DNA from: a virus
Taxonomy: Duplodnaviria > Caudoviricetes
IMG/VR virus record: IMGVR_UViG_3300035183_000848
Span: 1 to 53,266 of that record
Strand: one strand, 5' to 3'
DNA: 53,266 bases
Under the pieces are notes generated by a model. That model was not told the DNA's origin and made no database searches. It saw only the letters and a list, made by a program, of their open reading frames with translations. This document shows, one piece after another, positions 1 through 9,733 of the stretch. Every line of letters begins with the position of its first letter. The stretch's first letter is position 1. Position numbers and translations under genes: made by a program.

Positions 1-127
1 TCTTTGTAGCTAAATAACATTTAGACCTCTTTTTGTTACTAAACACTTACCATGATAACGGCTATCTCAGCCATTTGCTTGGGCCCGTTATCGACATTGC
101 ATCAGCATTGAATTGAATTGAAGGCCT
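1..127. repeat. Terminal direct repeat, copy 1 (circular assembly overlap)
   Basis: 1-127 is identical to 53140-53266. The methyltransferase start and TerL end read across the join. 127 nt equals a common assembler k-mer. Confidence 0.95.
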
Positions 128-1537
128 TGTTGACAATTGAGCTATTGCCTGGGTTGTTGCGTCGACTTGATCATCATGTAGAGCGCCTGGGAATGTGCAG
201 AGCTCCTCGATGTAGTCTCCCACCCACGGTGCTATGCTCGGGTCTGGGATAGAGACGTTTCCAGACTCAAAGCTTGGTGTGATTGCCTCGGCGCGCGCCA
301 CCTTGCTTCCCCTTGGTTTGATTGGGATTATTCCAGCAACTTCAATCCTCATCGCGGCAATGAGAGCCGGTCCGTTTGCCGTGTCCTCAATCCACTTCGC
401 GTTGGGGTGCCACTTGGCGCACAGCGCTTTGAACGCAGTCTTTTGCTCATTGAATCCCATGCGCCCACGAATTTGGTCCAATAGGTAGAACATGCCCTTC
501 TTTCTTCCCCAAACTTGGAATACGGCATAGTCGTTTTTGGCTCCATCCTTGAAAGTGAGGTCCCCCGATATGCCAATGAAGTCTAGATCGGCCGGTTGTT
601 CTACGTGGAACTTAAACCATGGCCTCTTGAAGATGGCACCCTCTGCCGGAGCTGGCCTTTGCTGCAATTGCCCAGCCGAGGCCATTGATCCCAGTATCGT
701 CTTGAATTCTTCTATTTCTTTTTTGCCAAAGCGCTCTGGCCAAAGGGGCTCTCCAGGCTCTTCGCGTGGGTCAGACCACCCAGTGGAGACTACTTGGCAT
801 TTCCTCTCTGGCTCATACTCAGCCGGAAGCATCAAATGCTCCCAATTTCCCTTGTTCAAAACATGCTGTGAGAGGTCCATCTGATGGAGTCTTTGCATGA
901 TTATAATGCGTGAAACGGTCTTTGGGTCATTGACACGCGTGGAAAATTCTTGGTCATACCAATCCAAGACCGATTGCCTAACGTTGTCTGACTCTGTCTC
1001 CATTGGTGAGTGTGGGTCGTCCACGACCAAGGTGTCTGCACCTTCACCGATGACCGATCCACCAACCGAAGCCGCCATTCTGAATCCCTTTTTGTTGTTT
1101 TCAAACTTCACCTTCTCGTTTTGGTCGTCCGAAATATTCCAAGCAATCTTGAATGTTTCCCGATACCAACCAGACAAGACCAAGGCTCTGACCTTAATTG
1201 AGTCCCGCTTTGAGAGCGAATAAGAATGCGAGGCGTAGATAAACTTATGCCCAGGTTTTTGGGTCCAGACCCAGGCCGGGAACGCCACCGACACGATCGT
1301 TGACTTTGCATGCCGTGGGGGGATGTTGATCAATAGGTTTTTTATCTGCCCCTTGTTTACCGCCTCGAGGTGCTCGCATATCGCGTCTATGTGGAAGCCT
1401 GGGACGAATGGGTGGTTTGGCTCAATGATTGGCCAAGCCAGTTGCAAGAACGATGACAGCGATGAACCCGCCTTGTAAAGCTTCTCCTCAAGCACCAGTT
1501 GCTCAAGCTCTTTGATCTCTACATCGCTCAATGCCAT
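62..1537 (-). CDS. terL: Terminase large subunit
   Basis: Walker A-like INIPPRHAKS, Walker B LVVDDP, IMQRLH motif, C-terminal nuclease FPGALHDDQVDA. Confidence 0.95.
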   Translation of the reverse strand: MALSDVEIKELEQLVLEEKLYKAGSSLSSFLQLAWPIIEPNHPFVPGFHIDAICEHLEAVNKGQIKNLLINIPPRHAKSTIVSVAFPAWVWTQKPGHKFIYASHSYSLSKRDSIKVRALVLSGWYRETFKIAWNISDDQNEKVKFENNKKGFRMAASVGGSVIGEGADTLVVDDPHSPMETESDNVRQSVLDWYDQEFSTRVNDPKTVSRIIIMQRLHQMDLSQHVLNKGNWEHLMLPAEYEPERKCQVVSTGWSDPREEPGEPLWPERFGKKEIEEFKTILGSMASAGQLQQRPAPAEGAIFKRPWFKFHVEQPADLDFIGISGDLTFKDGAKNDYAVFQVWGRKKGMFYLLDQIRGRMGFNEQKTAFKALCAKWHPNAKWIEDTANGPALIAAMRIEVAGIIPIKPRGSKVARAEAITPSFESGNVSIPDPSIAPWVGDYIEELCTFPGALHDDQVDATTQAIAQLSTRPSIQFNADAMSITGPSKWLR

Positions 1538-1554
1538 TGCTCGTCCTCAGCGCG

Positions 1555-2097
1555 CTATTCTTTTGCTTTTTTGATGAGTTCGTCGATTCTCGCGCGCCGC
1601 TGTTCTGGGGTCATTTGAATTGGTATTGGTCCGCCTTCTTTACCGCTAATCTCGATGTCTGACCTGTCTCTCCACTTTAACAAGTTCTTGGTCATCCAGA
1701 TGAATGCCGTAGAATTTCCCTGGGTTGGCTCATACTTCCTCTTCATGAGCACTTGCCCAGTTTTTGGGTCAATTATTGGGTTGCCATTGTCGTCAAGCAT
1801 TGGCTCTTCTGACTTCACCCGCCTGAGCTGACCTGTGGCTATCATCTTGCCCAGATTTTCATAAAAGGCGTGGAGTAATGGCTCTGCTATTTTTCTGGCG
1901 TCCATGAACTCTGGGTATTTTTCAAACCAAGTATAGATTGACTGCTTGGAGTGCCCCACTAGTGAGCCAAAGGACTCAATTGATCCGCCCTCTCTCATAT
2001 GTTGGATAAGCATCTGACAATATTCAGGTTTATAACTTGTGGGTCTTCCGCCTGGGTGTTTTGCTGTTTTTTTTTCTTTCGTGGCCATACCTAACAC
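1555..2097 (-). CDS. terS: Terminase small subunit
   Basis: GGRPTSYKPEYC N-terminus, HTH, IWMTKN..KWRD and ISGKEGGPI tail; directly upstream of TerL. Confidence 0.85.
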   Translation of the reverse strand: MLGMATKEKKTAKHPGGRPTSYKPEYCQMLIQHMREGGSIESFGSLVGHSKQSIYTWFEKYPEFMDARKIAEPLLHAFYENLGKMIATGQLRRVKSEEPMLDDNGNPIIDPKTGQVLMKRKYEPTQGNSTAFIWMTKNLLKWRDRSDIEISGKEGGPIPIQMTPEQRRARIDELIKKAKE

Positions 2098-2126
2098 TAT
2101 GACACTTGTAATTTAAAAAGCAATAA

Positions 2127-2474
2127 CTAGCAGGCGCTCTCTATGACTTCATAGGCGTTTTGAATCTGAACTTTTACAGGGTCGGCTGATCCAAGGGTTA
2201 CTGCAATTTCCAATACTCCTTGAACCACTGGTGCAAGCAATGTTGATTGGGCAGATGTTATTGAGATGGAGATTTTCCCCAGAACTGGGTTCCCTACGAT
2301 TGAGATTTGGTTCCCAGTCATTGAGAGCATCAGCTCGCTTCCGTCAATATTCTTGAAGCAAGTGGTGATCTCTGTGGCAGTGGTCAAGTCCAACGGGTCA
2401 CCCGTAACCCCATTGAGTGAAGTGAGTATCCTTACCGATAAGTTAGCTGCTGAACCTTGAATGATTTGGACCAT
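2127..2474 (-). CDS. Putative virion Ig-like (BppU N-terminal-like) protein
   Basis: IIQG..NLSV..PLDLT..GKISISIT pattern; last gene of the accessory structural module. Confidence 0.5.
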   Translation of the reverse strand: MVQIIQGSAANLSVRILTSLNGVTGDPLDLTTATEITTCFKNIDGSELMLSMTGNQISIVGNPVLGKISISITSAQSTLLAPVVQGVLEIAVTLGSADPVKVQIQNAYEVIESAC

Positions 2475-2478
2475 TTTC

Positions 2479-2883
2479 TCACTCCTCCAATATTGCCACT
2501 AATTCGTTGTCATCTAGGGATGCTGAAAGCTTGTTGTCATCCAAGACGGCCACCAAGTCACTGCTGCTGATTCCTGGTGTTTGGTTGTTGAATATAACTG
2601 TGAAGCCCTCGCTTCCACAAGGGCGCCCATCTCCAGACAAGTAGGTGTTGTCGAGGTAGCTACCCTTGGTCACCACGAATATCCCTGTTCCATTTGGCCT
2701 ATAGAAACACGCATAGGTGTTCGTGATGGCGTCAATCAGCAACATGGGTATCGTGACTATGGGCGATGGCGTAAAGCTTCCATTTACTAGCTGGTAAACC
2801 TTTGCCGCGACATACGCCAAGTCAGGCCTGTCGTAAGTCACTTCGAATGATAAAGTGTCACCAAAATCAAACTGGTTTGCCAT
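2479..2883 (-). CDS. Hypothetical virion-associated protein
   Basis: Coupled ORF in operon, beta-rich composition. Confidence 0.5.
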   Translation of the reverse strand: MANQFDFGDTLSFEVTYDRPDLAYVAAKVYQLVNGSFTPSPIVTIPMLLIDAITNTYACFYRPNGTGIFVVTKGSYLDNTYLSGDGRPCGSEGFTVIFNNQTPGISSSDLVAVLDDNKLSASLDDNELVAILEE

Positions 2884-3443
2884 TAATTGGCCTCCAGGGG
2901 ATATTTCGAGACCTTCCCTGGCGTCTTGTAAAAAGATAGCTTGAAAGCTGGGTCAGCTTTGATTTGCTGGTACATGTCCTCTGTGTCGATTGACTGTGGG
3001 TCTATGTTGTAGAAGCTCGTCTTTGGGCTCCTACTTAGAGAATAGAGCACAACCTCGTTACAGGTATAGAGGCTTCTGATAAAGTTTGGAATCTTGATCC
3101 CAAATCGAACCAAGATTCTCCGAATCCCAAGCGATATGAACTGCCAGTAGGGATAAATGAGCCCAACCAAGTCCCTTCGGGTATACTCCATGTGGCTGAA
3201 GGCCTCGTCTTCGGTGATTGCGTCGCAGGTCCAAACTTCTAACTCGCAATTTGGGTCCTCGAGGTAGCGCTTCATCTCGCCGAAGGCAACCTCAAAGTCC
3301 GTGGTCTCGATTACATAGGCCCCGCGGCTAGCGACCTCATATATCCTTGTCGAGTGGCTCCAACGGCTGTTCATCGCGCTTGAGATGGCCTTTGAAATAT
3401 CGTTGTCATGGTGCATTATAAAAACTACGTCCCCTATTTTCAT
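2883..3443 (-). CDS. Permuted papain-like amidase (YaeF/YiiX, NlpC/P60 superfamily)
   Basis: KIGDVVF...WSHS (His before Cys), YPY, YTCNEVV. Confidence 0.75.
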   Translation of the reverse strand: MKIGDVVFIMHHDNDISKAISSAMNSRWSHSTRIYEVASRGAYVIETTDFEVAFGEMKRYLEDPNCELEVWTCDAITEDEAFSHMEYTRRDLVGLIYPYWQFISLGIRRILVRFGIKIPNFIRSLYTCNEVVLYSLSRSPKTSFYNIDPQSIDTEDMYQQIKADPAFKLSFYKTPGKVSKYPLEAN

Positions 3444-3934
3444 AATGGGTCCCCCGCTGCTATGTATCTCGCAAAGTATTGCCTCACGGTGTCTCCGCCA
3501 GGGAAGTTCGGATCATAGGGCTGGTCCAGTATATCTACCCCGGTTATCGAGTTGAGAAGCGCCGCCGCCTCGATGAGAATTCCTAAGTTTAAAAGTTGGA
3601 CGACATCACCAAAGGCCACGATCAGAGAGGCAGCTTGGTCATCTGGAATTGAAAGTGTGTAGAGCCTAAAATGGCTAATGACATCTTTACCATGTTTGAT
3701 TCTTTGGTTGATTTGGTCCAGCAAAATCTGTTGCTGTTGCTGGACATTTAACTCAGGGGGTGAAAAACTGTTGTTCCCTGAATCAAAGGTAAAACCGATG
3801 TCAATCTGGATGTCTTGCCCTGTATAGTCCAATGCATTGTCATATTGATCGGAAATCAATGGCAAAAAGCTTGGGTCTGCCACTATCATATTGACTACAA
3901 CGCCGTTCTTAACCAAAGCATATTTGTTCGCCAT
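3440..3934 (-). CDS. Putative tail-fibre assembly-like protein
   Basis: YALVKNGVVVNMIVAD...IGFTFD..F.PP motif, common downstream of glycine-rich fibre genes. Confidence 0.55.
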   Translation of the reverse strand: MANKYALVKNGVVVNMIVADPSFLPLISDQYDNALDYTGQDIQIDIGFTFDSGNNSFSPPELNVQQQQQILLDQINQRIKHGKDVISHFRLYTLSIPDDQAASLIVAFGDVVQLLNLGILIEAAALLNSITGVDILDQPYDPNFPGGDTVRQYFARYIAAGDPL

Positions 3935-3935
3935 T

Positions 3936-4946
3936 TTATTCTACCCACTCAATAATTAAGTAACCGTCTGAGCCTTTTCCGCCTGTTCCGCCGTTGCCAC
4001 CGCTTCCTCCACCCAAGGCAGATACGAAAATTCCAGCTCCTCCTCCTCCGCCACCGCCGCCGCCTCCTCCACCCATTCCGTTGGTTCCGTCCGCTCCATT
4101 GGATCCAACTGTTCCATCTCCACCCTTTGCCACCGCACTACCATTTCCTCCAGCTCCACCATTTCCGCCGCCGCCGCCGCCTGGGGTCAGTGTTCCTATG
4201 ATAACATCACCGTAACCAGCGACTCCTCCTCCGCCACCACCTCCACCGCCGCCTCTGTTTGTTGCGTGGATTCCACCCGAAGCCCCTGTGCCGGCAGTTG
4301 GGTTGAACGTTGATCCAAAGGCCGTGCTACCTGGGGATACCCCGGAGTTTGAACCGCTAGCGCCATCTGCCGCTCCTCCTGTTGAAGTTCCACCATTTCC
4401 GCCGTTGCCTCCCGCAGATGGGTTTGCTCCTCCTAGCTGTCCATAGCTAACTCCAGCAGTGCCTCCGCTAATTCCGCCAGTTCCCCCAACCCCACTGCTT
4501 GTTCCCTTGGAACCAAAGGATCCTCCACCTCCAGTGGACGTTCCGGTAACTGCCCTTGAAAAAGTAATTAATGATCCAAAAGTTGTGTTCCCGCCAAAGT
4601 TACCGCTGTTTCCTGCAGTTCCGTCCGCTCCTGATGAGGCCGCTGGAACTCCTCCTATTCCCCCAGAGCCCCCTGTTCCGCCAGCTCCAATCACAATGGA
4701 ATAAGATGTCCCTGGAGTGACGGTGACAAATTGCCGATTTAACCCAGCTCCGCCTCCGCCTCCACCGCCCTTTCCACCGCCGCCGCCAGAACCAGTGGCT
4801 CCAAATCCAACATCTCCTGAGCCGCCTCCTCCACCTCCACCGCCGCCTTGAGATCCAGGTCGTCCCCAAACAACAACTTGGGTAACACCTGCTGGACAAA
4901 CCCAGGTTCCTGAACTGCTAAACACTTGCCTTGTTAATCTAGCCAT
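3936..4946 (-). CDS. Glycine-rich virion/fibre protein
   Basis: FSSSGTWVCPAGVT...VTPGTSYSIVIGAGG...GSDGYLIIEW glycine-rich domain signature. Confidence 0.8.
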   Translation of the reverse strand: MARLTRQVFSSSGTWVCPAGVTQVVVWGRPGSQGGGGGGGGGSGDVGFGATGSGGGGGKGGGGGGGAGLNRQFVTVTPGTSYSIVIGAGGTGGSGGIGGVPAASSGADGTAGNSGNFGGNTTFGSLITFSRAVTGTSTGGGGSFGSKGTSSGVGGTGGISGGTAGVSYGQLGGANPSAGGNGGNGGTSTGGAADGASGSNSGVSPGSTAFGSTFNPTAGTGASGGIHATNRGGGGGGGGGGVAGYGDVIIGTLTPGGGGGGNGGAGGNGSAVAKGGDGTVGSNGADGTNGMGGGGGGGGGGGGAGIFVSALGGGSGGNGGTGGKGSDGYLIIEWVE

Positions 4947-4955
4947 TAATCAACC

Positions 4956-5474
4956 TCAATTTACAAACCACCAGTCGGTGCAATCTGAAAAAACGTGCCA
5001 GGCACCGTAGTTAGTCAGCAATGTCCTATTCGAGGACAAGCCCTCTATTCTTTCACTGGCGTGCCTTGCCAAGGTGACGTTGTTGGTTTGAAGGTTGCCC
5101 GAGATATCCTTCAGCCAAAGCTCGCGCCCACAAGTTGGGGTTGGCAAGGTCACCGTGATCGCCCCGCTTGGGTTCATCAATATTATAAAGTCTGTCGTTG
5201 TCGTGTCCACAGTAAGGTTGCCTGTAATGGTCCTCGTCGTGACATTAAGCCCACCATTTATCGTGTGGATTGCGGTGCTGGAGCTGTTCCCAATGGTGGC
5301 CTTTGAAGCTGCATTGCTTGCTATGTTGGTGTCGCCAGTGATGGTTTTTGTACCTGACCCCAAGACTTGGTTTTGGAGAGAAATAACCCCGGGAGCTGTT
5401 GCTGATGTAGGACCCCAACCTGCATGGGCATTTAAGCAGCTTAGGATAGCAAAAAAAATCGTGGCGATTTTCAT
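4956..5474 (-). CDS. Signal-peptide-bearing fibre-tip-like protein
   Basis: Likely start at ATG 5474 (ATGA overlap); MKIATIFFAILSCLNAHA signal peptide; C-terminal TVTLP..GR....KD...SD..W fibre-tip pattern. Confidence 0.65.
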   Translation of the reverse strand: MKIATIFFAILSCLNAHAGWGPTSATAPGVISLQNQVLGSGTKTITGDTNIASNAASKATIGNSSSTAIHTINGGLNVTTRTITGNLTVDTTTTDFIILMNPSGAITVTLPTPTCGRELWLKDISGNLQTNNVTLARHASERIEGLSSNRTLLTNYGAWHVFSDCTDWWFVN

Positions 5475-7078
5475 TGTCTCAACACCCATTGTACGTCAAT
5501 TAATTGCGCTGCCGAGGAACAATATACCGAAATACTTGCCCCTCCTGGGATATAGCCAGTGTCCCTTCCGGGCTCGATCAACATCCCAACGCTAGATGAA
5601 GCTGTTGTTCCTAGTGCCCATCTACAGTTTGCTGTATTGGTCGATTCAGACTCAAGGATAAAACCCGTCGCATTCGCTGGAGCAGTGATAGTTGAGGCAG
5701 AAGTTCCAACTGTAGCATTACTTGTAGCTCCGTTGGTATTCGCAGGCATTGCCGTGTTGGGTGACAATGCCACCACTGCTGCAGTGTCGGTTGTTGCAGC
5801 CGCAGTGGAGCTCGCTTTGATTGCAAGCTGGTTTGTTGGGGTTGTGGCGTCGGCTAACTTTGCTGCGTTGGCTAGGTAAATTGAGTTTGGGTTTACCGAG
5901 CTTGTTACTTGGACCACCGCCGTACCGGTCATCGCCGCGGTAGATCTAATCCTAAATTTCTGGAACCCCACGACGTTTGCCGCCCCTGTAAAGTTCGCCG
6001 TAAATGTTGAAACGGTATAAGAAGTTCCTGATTGGTGGATCCCCTGAACTGTCCAGTTGGAACCATCGGGGCTTGCCTCTGAAACTAGCGTTCCCGTCCA
6101 GGTTCCCGTTACAATCACCCTTATCGTTTCTTGCGACGCAAGGTTGAAGGTTGCAGCAGAGTTTGCAGTTGGAGTTCCGCTGATATAAATTTGACCATTG
6201 GCCACGGTCGTTGAAGTCGAAGAAGTGTCTTGAGTCGTTATATTTTGATTGGCTGGAGTATTGTCTTGAACCCCTGTAGATATACTGGTGACCCATGGAC
6301 TTGTTCCTTGCGTCACGCTTGTCGTTGGCGCACTATCAACATTTACGTGGAGGTTTGATCCCGTGCTTTGTACAACTGTGAAATTTCCGCTCCCTGCGTT
6401 GGCGGTCACAGTCCCAGAAACTGCCACTGAATCAGAGCCTGACGATAAGTTCCAGTTTCGGCTAGTGAGCCAAGGTGAAGTCCCTTGAGTTACGCTAAGG
6501 CTTGAAGGGAAGTTTGAAACACTGACGCTATCAGTTAAGTTAGATAGATTCCATGTTCGACCAGTTGTCCAAGAACCTGATTGTGTTGCAGAAACAGCTC
6601 CAGAATCCACTACGGTGTGTAAATTTGTTCCGGTTGATTGACCCACTGTAAAGGTTCCTGTACCAGCATTTGCTGTAACTGTGCCCGTCACTACTTGAGT
6701 CGCCGGGAAGTTTCCAACATTCACTGAGTCACTAGAGCTTGAGAGGTTCCAAGTTCTCCCTAATGACCACGCTCCACCTTGGTAAGCCGTCACTGAATCC
6801 GTTCCAACTCCCAAAGTCCAATTTCTGTCTCTAGGGTCGATGACGCTGCCACCAACGATTAATTGATCGGAAAGGGGCGATGCCGGGGAAGAAGAAACGG
6901 TTGCTGAGATTGAGTTCAGTACATCGACATTTAGAGATCTATTTCCCCCAATAACAGTTGAGGTTAATGGGTTTCCAGCGCCGTCTTGAAGCTTTGCGTT
7001 AACAGTGCCGAGTGGAGGAGTGTCCGCACGTGCAATGGTGGCAATCATTAAGAGGCAAAAAAATAACATTGTCCGCAT
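5471..7078 (-). CDS. Signal-peptide-bearing Ser/Thr-rich repeat fibre/adhesin-like protein
   Basis: MRTMLFFCLLMIATIARA signal peptide; repeats R(T/N)W(N/T)L....DSV, VTANAG.G.F, VTQGTSPW. Confidence 0.7.
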   Translation of the reverse strand: MRTMLFFCLLMIATIARADTPPLGTVNAKLQDGAGNPLTSTVIGGNRSLNVDVLNSISATVSSSPASPLSDQLIVGGSVIDPRDRNWTLGVGTDSVTAYQGGAWSLGRTWNLSSSSDSVNVGNFPATQVVTGTVTANAGTGTFTVGQSTGTNLHTVVDSGAVSATQSGSWTTGRTWNLSNLTDSVSVSNFPSSLSVTQGTSPWLTSRNWNLSSGSDSVAVSGTVTANAGSGNFTVVQSTGSNLHVNVDSAPTTSVTQGTSPWVTSISTGVQDNTPANQNITTQDTSSTSTTVANGQIYISGTPTANSAATFNLASQETIRVIVTGTWTGTLVSEASPDGSNWTVQGIHQSGTSYTVSTFTANFTGAANVVGFQKFRIRSTAAMTGTAVVQVTSSVNPNSIYLANAAKLADATTPTNQLAIKASSTAAATTDTAAVVALSPNTAMPANTNGATSNATVGTSASTITAPANATGFILESESTNTANCRWALGTTASSSVGMLIEPGRDTGYIPGGASISVYCSSAAQLIDVQWVLRQ

Positions 7079-7133
7079 CAGAGATCCCCCAGTTGATTTC
7101 TGACTAGAATGTTATCAGTGGTTTAATAGCAAT

Positions 7134-8105
7134 TCAAACTTCTTGATTGTTTAAGATCCAGTTTAGGACTGATTTGGGGTCTGGGAGGAAATCCTCAATC
7201 CTTGCCCCTTTTGGGAAAGTATCTACCCGATTTTCATCAAGATTGTTTGGACAATAGTTAAAAAGCCCCCAAGGTTCCCCCTTAGTTAGGTTCTTCATGT
7301 TCCATCCAAGCCTCCCCCCACGCCAGTGCAAAAGGTGGTCAGGGTGCCTTACTGTGGAGAAAAAAAGGATTTTTCCATAGCCTGCTGCCCCAAGGTGGAT
7401 GGGGCTAGAGTCATTTGTCACCAAGGTTCCAGCATATTTGCATATCCATGCAAATTCCTTGACGTTGGTAATACCTCTTATATCAAAACAACGATCGGGG
7501 TTTATCTCGACAGTGTCATTTCCAATAATGACTGGGATTAATGGGGTTTCTCTCAAGATGAGTTCAATGAGGTTATTCCACCAAGTGGCTGGGATTGTCC
7601 TAGACGGCCAAGTCTTCCCAGGGTGGATAACTACCGTCTTCTCCCTGTCGCTAATTTTATAGGGATCAAAGTTAATTTTAGAAAAAAGGTTTGTCATCTC
7701 TGTAGTCAACAATATTTCTTTATAACCATTTGGGAGCTGCATCCTCAGGGCCGAAATACTTGCGAAGTCAACTGGGTGAATCAAATTTGCGTTAAAATAT
7801 TGGTTCCTTAAGTTGCCTTGGCCATAGGTATAGAGAATGTAGTGTTTGTTGGGCTGGATTTCATCAACCGTGCGGTAAACGTTCTTAAACCCAATGTGTT
7901 TAAACAGCTCTGGAGTGTCACAGAGGATTGATATTTCACAATTCTTGAAGGTGTCCTTTGCATAAATCAACGTGGGTACTGCGCAAACTCTATCCCCCAG
8001 TCCGCCCGACACAACGAATAAAAGATTTTTTTCCACCCCATTTCCTATCGCCTTTGCTATTTGGATGGCTGGGATGTCGGACTCATGGACGTCAAATACT
8101 CCCAT
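7134..8105 (-). CDS. Glycosyltransferase family 9 (heptosyltransferase-like)
   Basis: GGLGD, VIHPG..WPSR, VTNDSSPIHLGAA motifs. Confidence 0.85.
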   Translation of the reverse strand: MGVFDVHESDIPAIQIAKAIGNGVEKNLLFVVSGGLGDRVCAVPTLIYAKDTFKNCEISILCDTPELFKHIGFKNVYRTVDEIQPNKHYILYTYGQGNLRNQYFNANLIHPVDFASISALRMQLPNGYKEILLTTEMTNLFSKINFDPYKISDREKTVVIHPGKTWPSRTIPATWWNNLIELILRETPLIPVIIGNDTVEINPDRCFDIRGITNVKEFAWICKYAGTLVTNDSSPIHLGAAGYGKILFFSTVRHPDHLLHWRGGRLGWNMKNLTKGEPWGLFNYCPNNLDENRVDTFPKGARIEDFLPDPKSVLNWILNNQEV

Positions 8106-8106
8106 G

Positions 8107-8303
8107 CTAAATTCCTTTCGCTTTTTTATAAGCTTTTATTGCTTGTTCTTTATCGAGGAATTCTCCAAGCCAAACTCTTTTCCCTTTTATATATATTCTC
8201 GAACTCCATTTACCTTTGAAAAAATAAACACCTGTAATTGGTTTTGGTTTTTTATGGCTTGGCTTAAAGATTTTCTGGCATTTCCGTGCTTAAGTTTTCC
8301 CAT
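8107..8303 (-). pseudogene. Small AP2-domain gene interrupted by a frameshift
   Basis: MGKLKHGNARK... in frame 0. The -1 frame after A-AAA-AAC (8247-8253) gives ITGVYFFKGKWSSRIYIKGKRVWLGEFLDKEQAIKAYKKAK, an AP2 pattern. Confidence 0.6.
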
Positions 8304-9378
8304 TTAATTCTTTCCTAATATTTTCAAATACTTCTTCAACAGGGATACTATCTATGCAAAGTGGTTCTAAATAACCAAGAGGACATTTGGCGACCCAAGA
8401 ATCAGTTAGCCACCAGCAACTTCCTTCATCAGCACAAAATTTTGGAGCAATATTTATATTTTCAGGGTAAGAAAAAAATTTTAAGTTTGTTGGCCCAAAT
8501 AAAACAATAGACTTTACGCCAAACATATAAGCTGCATGCACAAAACCAGACTCTCCATCTACGTGAAGAGTACTTTTTGAAAGTATCCCTAAAGCTTCCA
8601 ATAATGAGGTTTTTCCAACCATGTCATAATCAACTCCAGGAATTTTAAAGGAAGTTGCCCCTCCAATTTGTACAGTGCATACATTAATCTTTTTCAGCAA
8701 CTCCACTAACTTTGCCCAATTTCCTTCTTTCCAATTTTTGGTAGATCTGCCAGAAACCTTGTTTGCATCATCAAAACCAGTATGGAGTGTGATGAATGGT
8801 TTATCTAAAACCCTAGGTATTTTTTTTAAATTGCGCTTTTTTTCTTTAACTTTAATTCCAAGCATATCCGAAATTAAAGTTCTTCTATTTAGGCCAAGCT
8901 TCACTGCCTCTATGCCCGTCATGTTCTCCATGTGGGGCTGCATTTCGTTGATGAGCTTCCAATTTCCATTTGACAAAAAGGCGCTATACGCGAAGAACAT
9001 CTCCTCTATTTTATGGTTCCTAAATCCTCTAAAGTTTTTTTGAAAGTTGAACAGTACCAAGGTGTTTAGCGTGATCCACCAATCCGCTCCCGTTGATATG
9101 AAGATTCTTTCGTCCCTCGCGTCAAGCGACGAGAGGTTGCGGATAACATCAGGGTACCTTGTGTAGAAAACAACCTTCTCTTGAGTGTGCTCTTCTATGG
9201 CCTCGGCCAAATTCATCGACAATAAGGCGTCGCCAAGCTAGAGGCCCCCGGTCGACCACACAACGATATGGTCTGAAACCGGGGGCTTCCTAAAGTGCCT
9301 CTTTGGTCCGCCGTTCATGTGAATGACGCGGCTTGTAAGTGAAAGTCTCAGTGAGTTAAGATTTTCTTGAATCAGCAT
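8290..9378 (-). CDS. Second GT9 glycosyltransferase with in-frame TAG at 9238-9240 (readthrough, pseudogene or error)
   Basis: Frame is open from ATG 9378: ...HIVVWSTGGL*LGDALL...; C-terminal TKNW, HVDGESGFVHAA, VLFGPT motifs. Confidence 0.75.
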
Positions 9379-9712
9379 AACCTTGCCTAAATCCAGTAGA
9401 GACTGCTGCGCGGATCAAAGCCTGCTCTGTCCATCCAAACTTCAGGAAGTTCTTTTTCTTTAGGTAGAAGTTTCCTGCCTTTATCGCGTGTGATTGAACC
9501 CACTCATCACTCCCTCTAGATGGGAATAGTTTTACCCAAAAGCTCTTCAGTGATTTTTCTGCGTGGCGCCTGCCCATATAGTAACCATGGGCCAGAGAAG
9601 TGACAAACAGGCTTTTTTCGGAGTTCGACCCATTCTTGAAGTGCTTGTCAGTATATTCACCAGCAAACTTCACGCTCTCAGCGGTTAGATCTGACTCTTT
9701 TATATGTTTCAC
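9356..9712 (-). CDS. Hypothetical protein with two ~50-aa internal repeats
   Basis: GTG start with AGGAG RBS; repeats similar to 11098-11307. Confidence 0.6.
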   Translation of the reverse strand: MKHIKESDLTAESVKFAGEYTDKHFKNGSNSEKSLFVTSLAHGYYMGRRHAEKSLKSFWVKLFPSRGSDEWVQSHAIKAGNFYLKKKNFLKFGWTEQALIRAAVSTGFRQGYADSRKS

Positions 9713-9733
9713 AGTTTTCTCCTATTGATGGTC

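Noticed and set aside
3994-4704. Proline-rich plus-strand ORFs
   Set aside because: Antisense shadows of the glycine-rich gene; most other plus-strand ORFs, e.g. 49515-50324, are likewise shadows
9238-9240. Genome-wide TAG recoding
   Set aside because: TAG ends well-supported genes (terL, terS, MCP); no suppressor tRNA seen; this case is a local insertion
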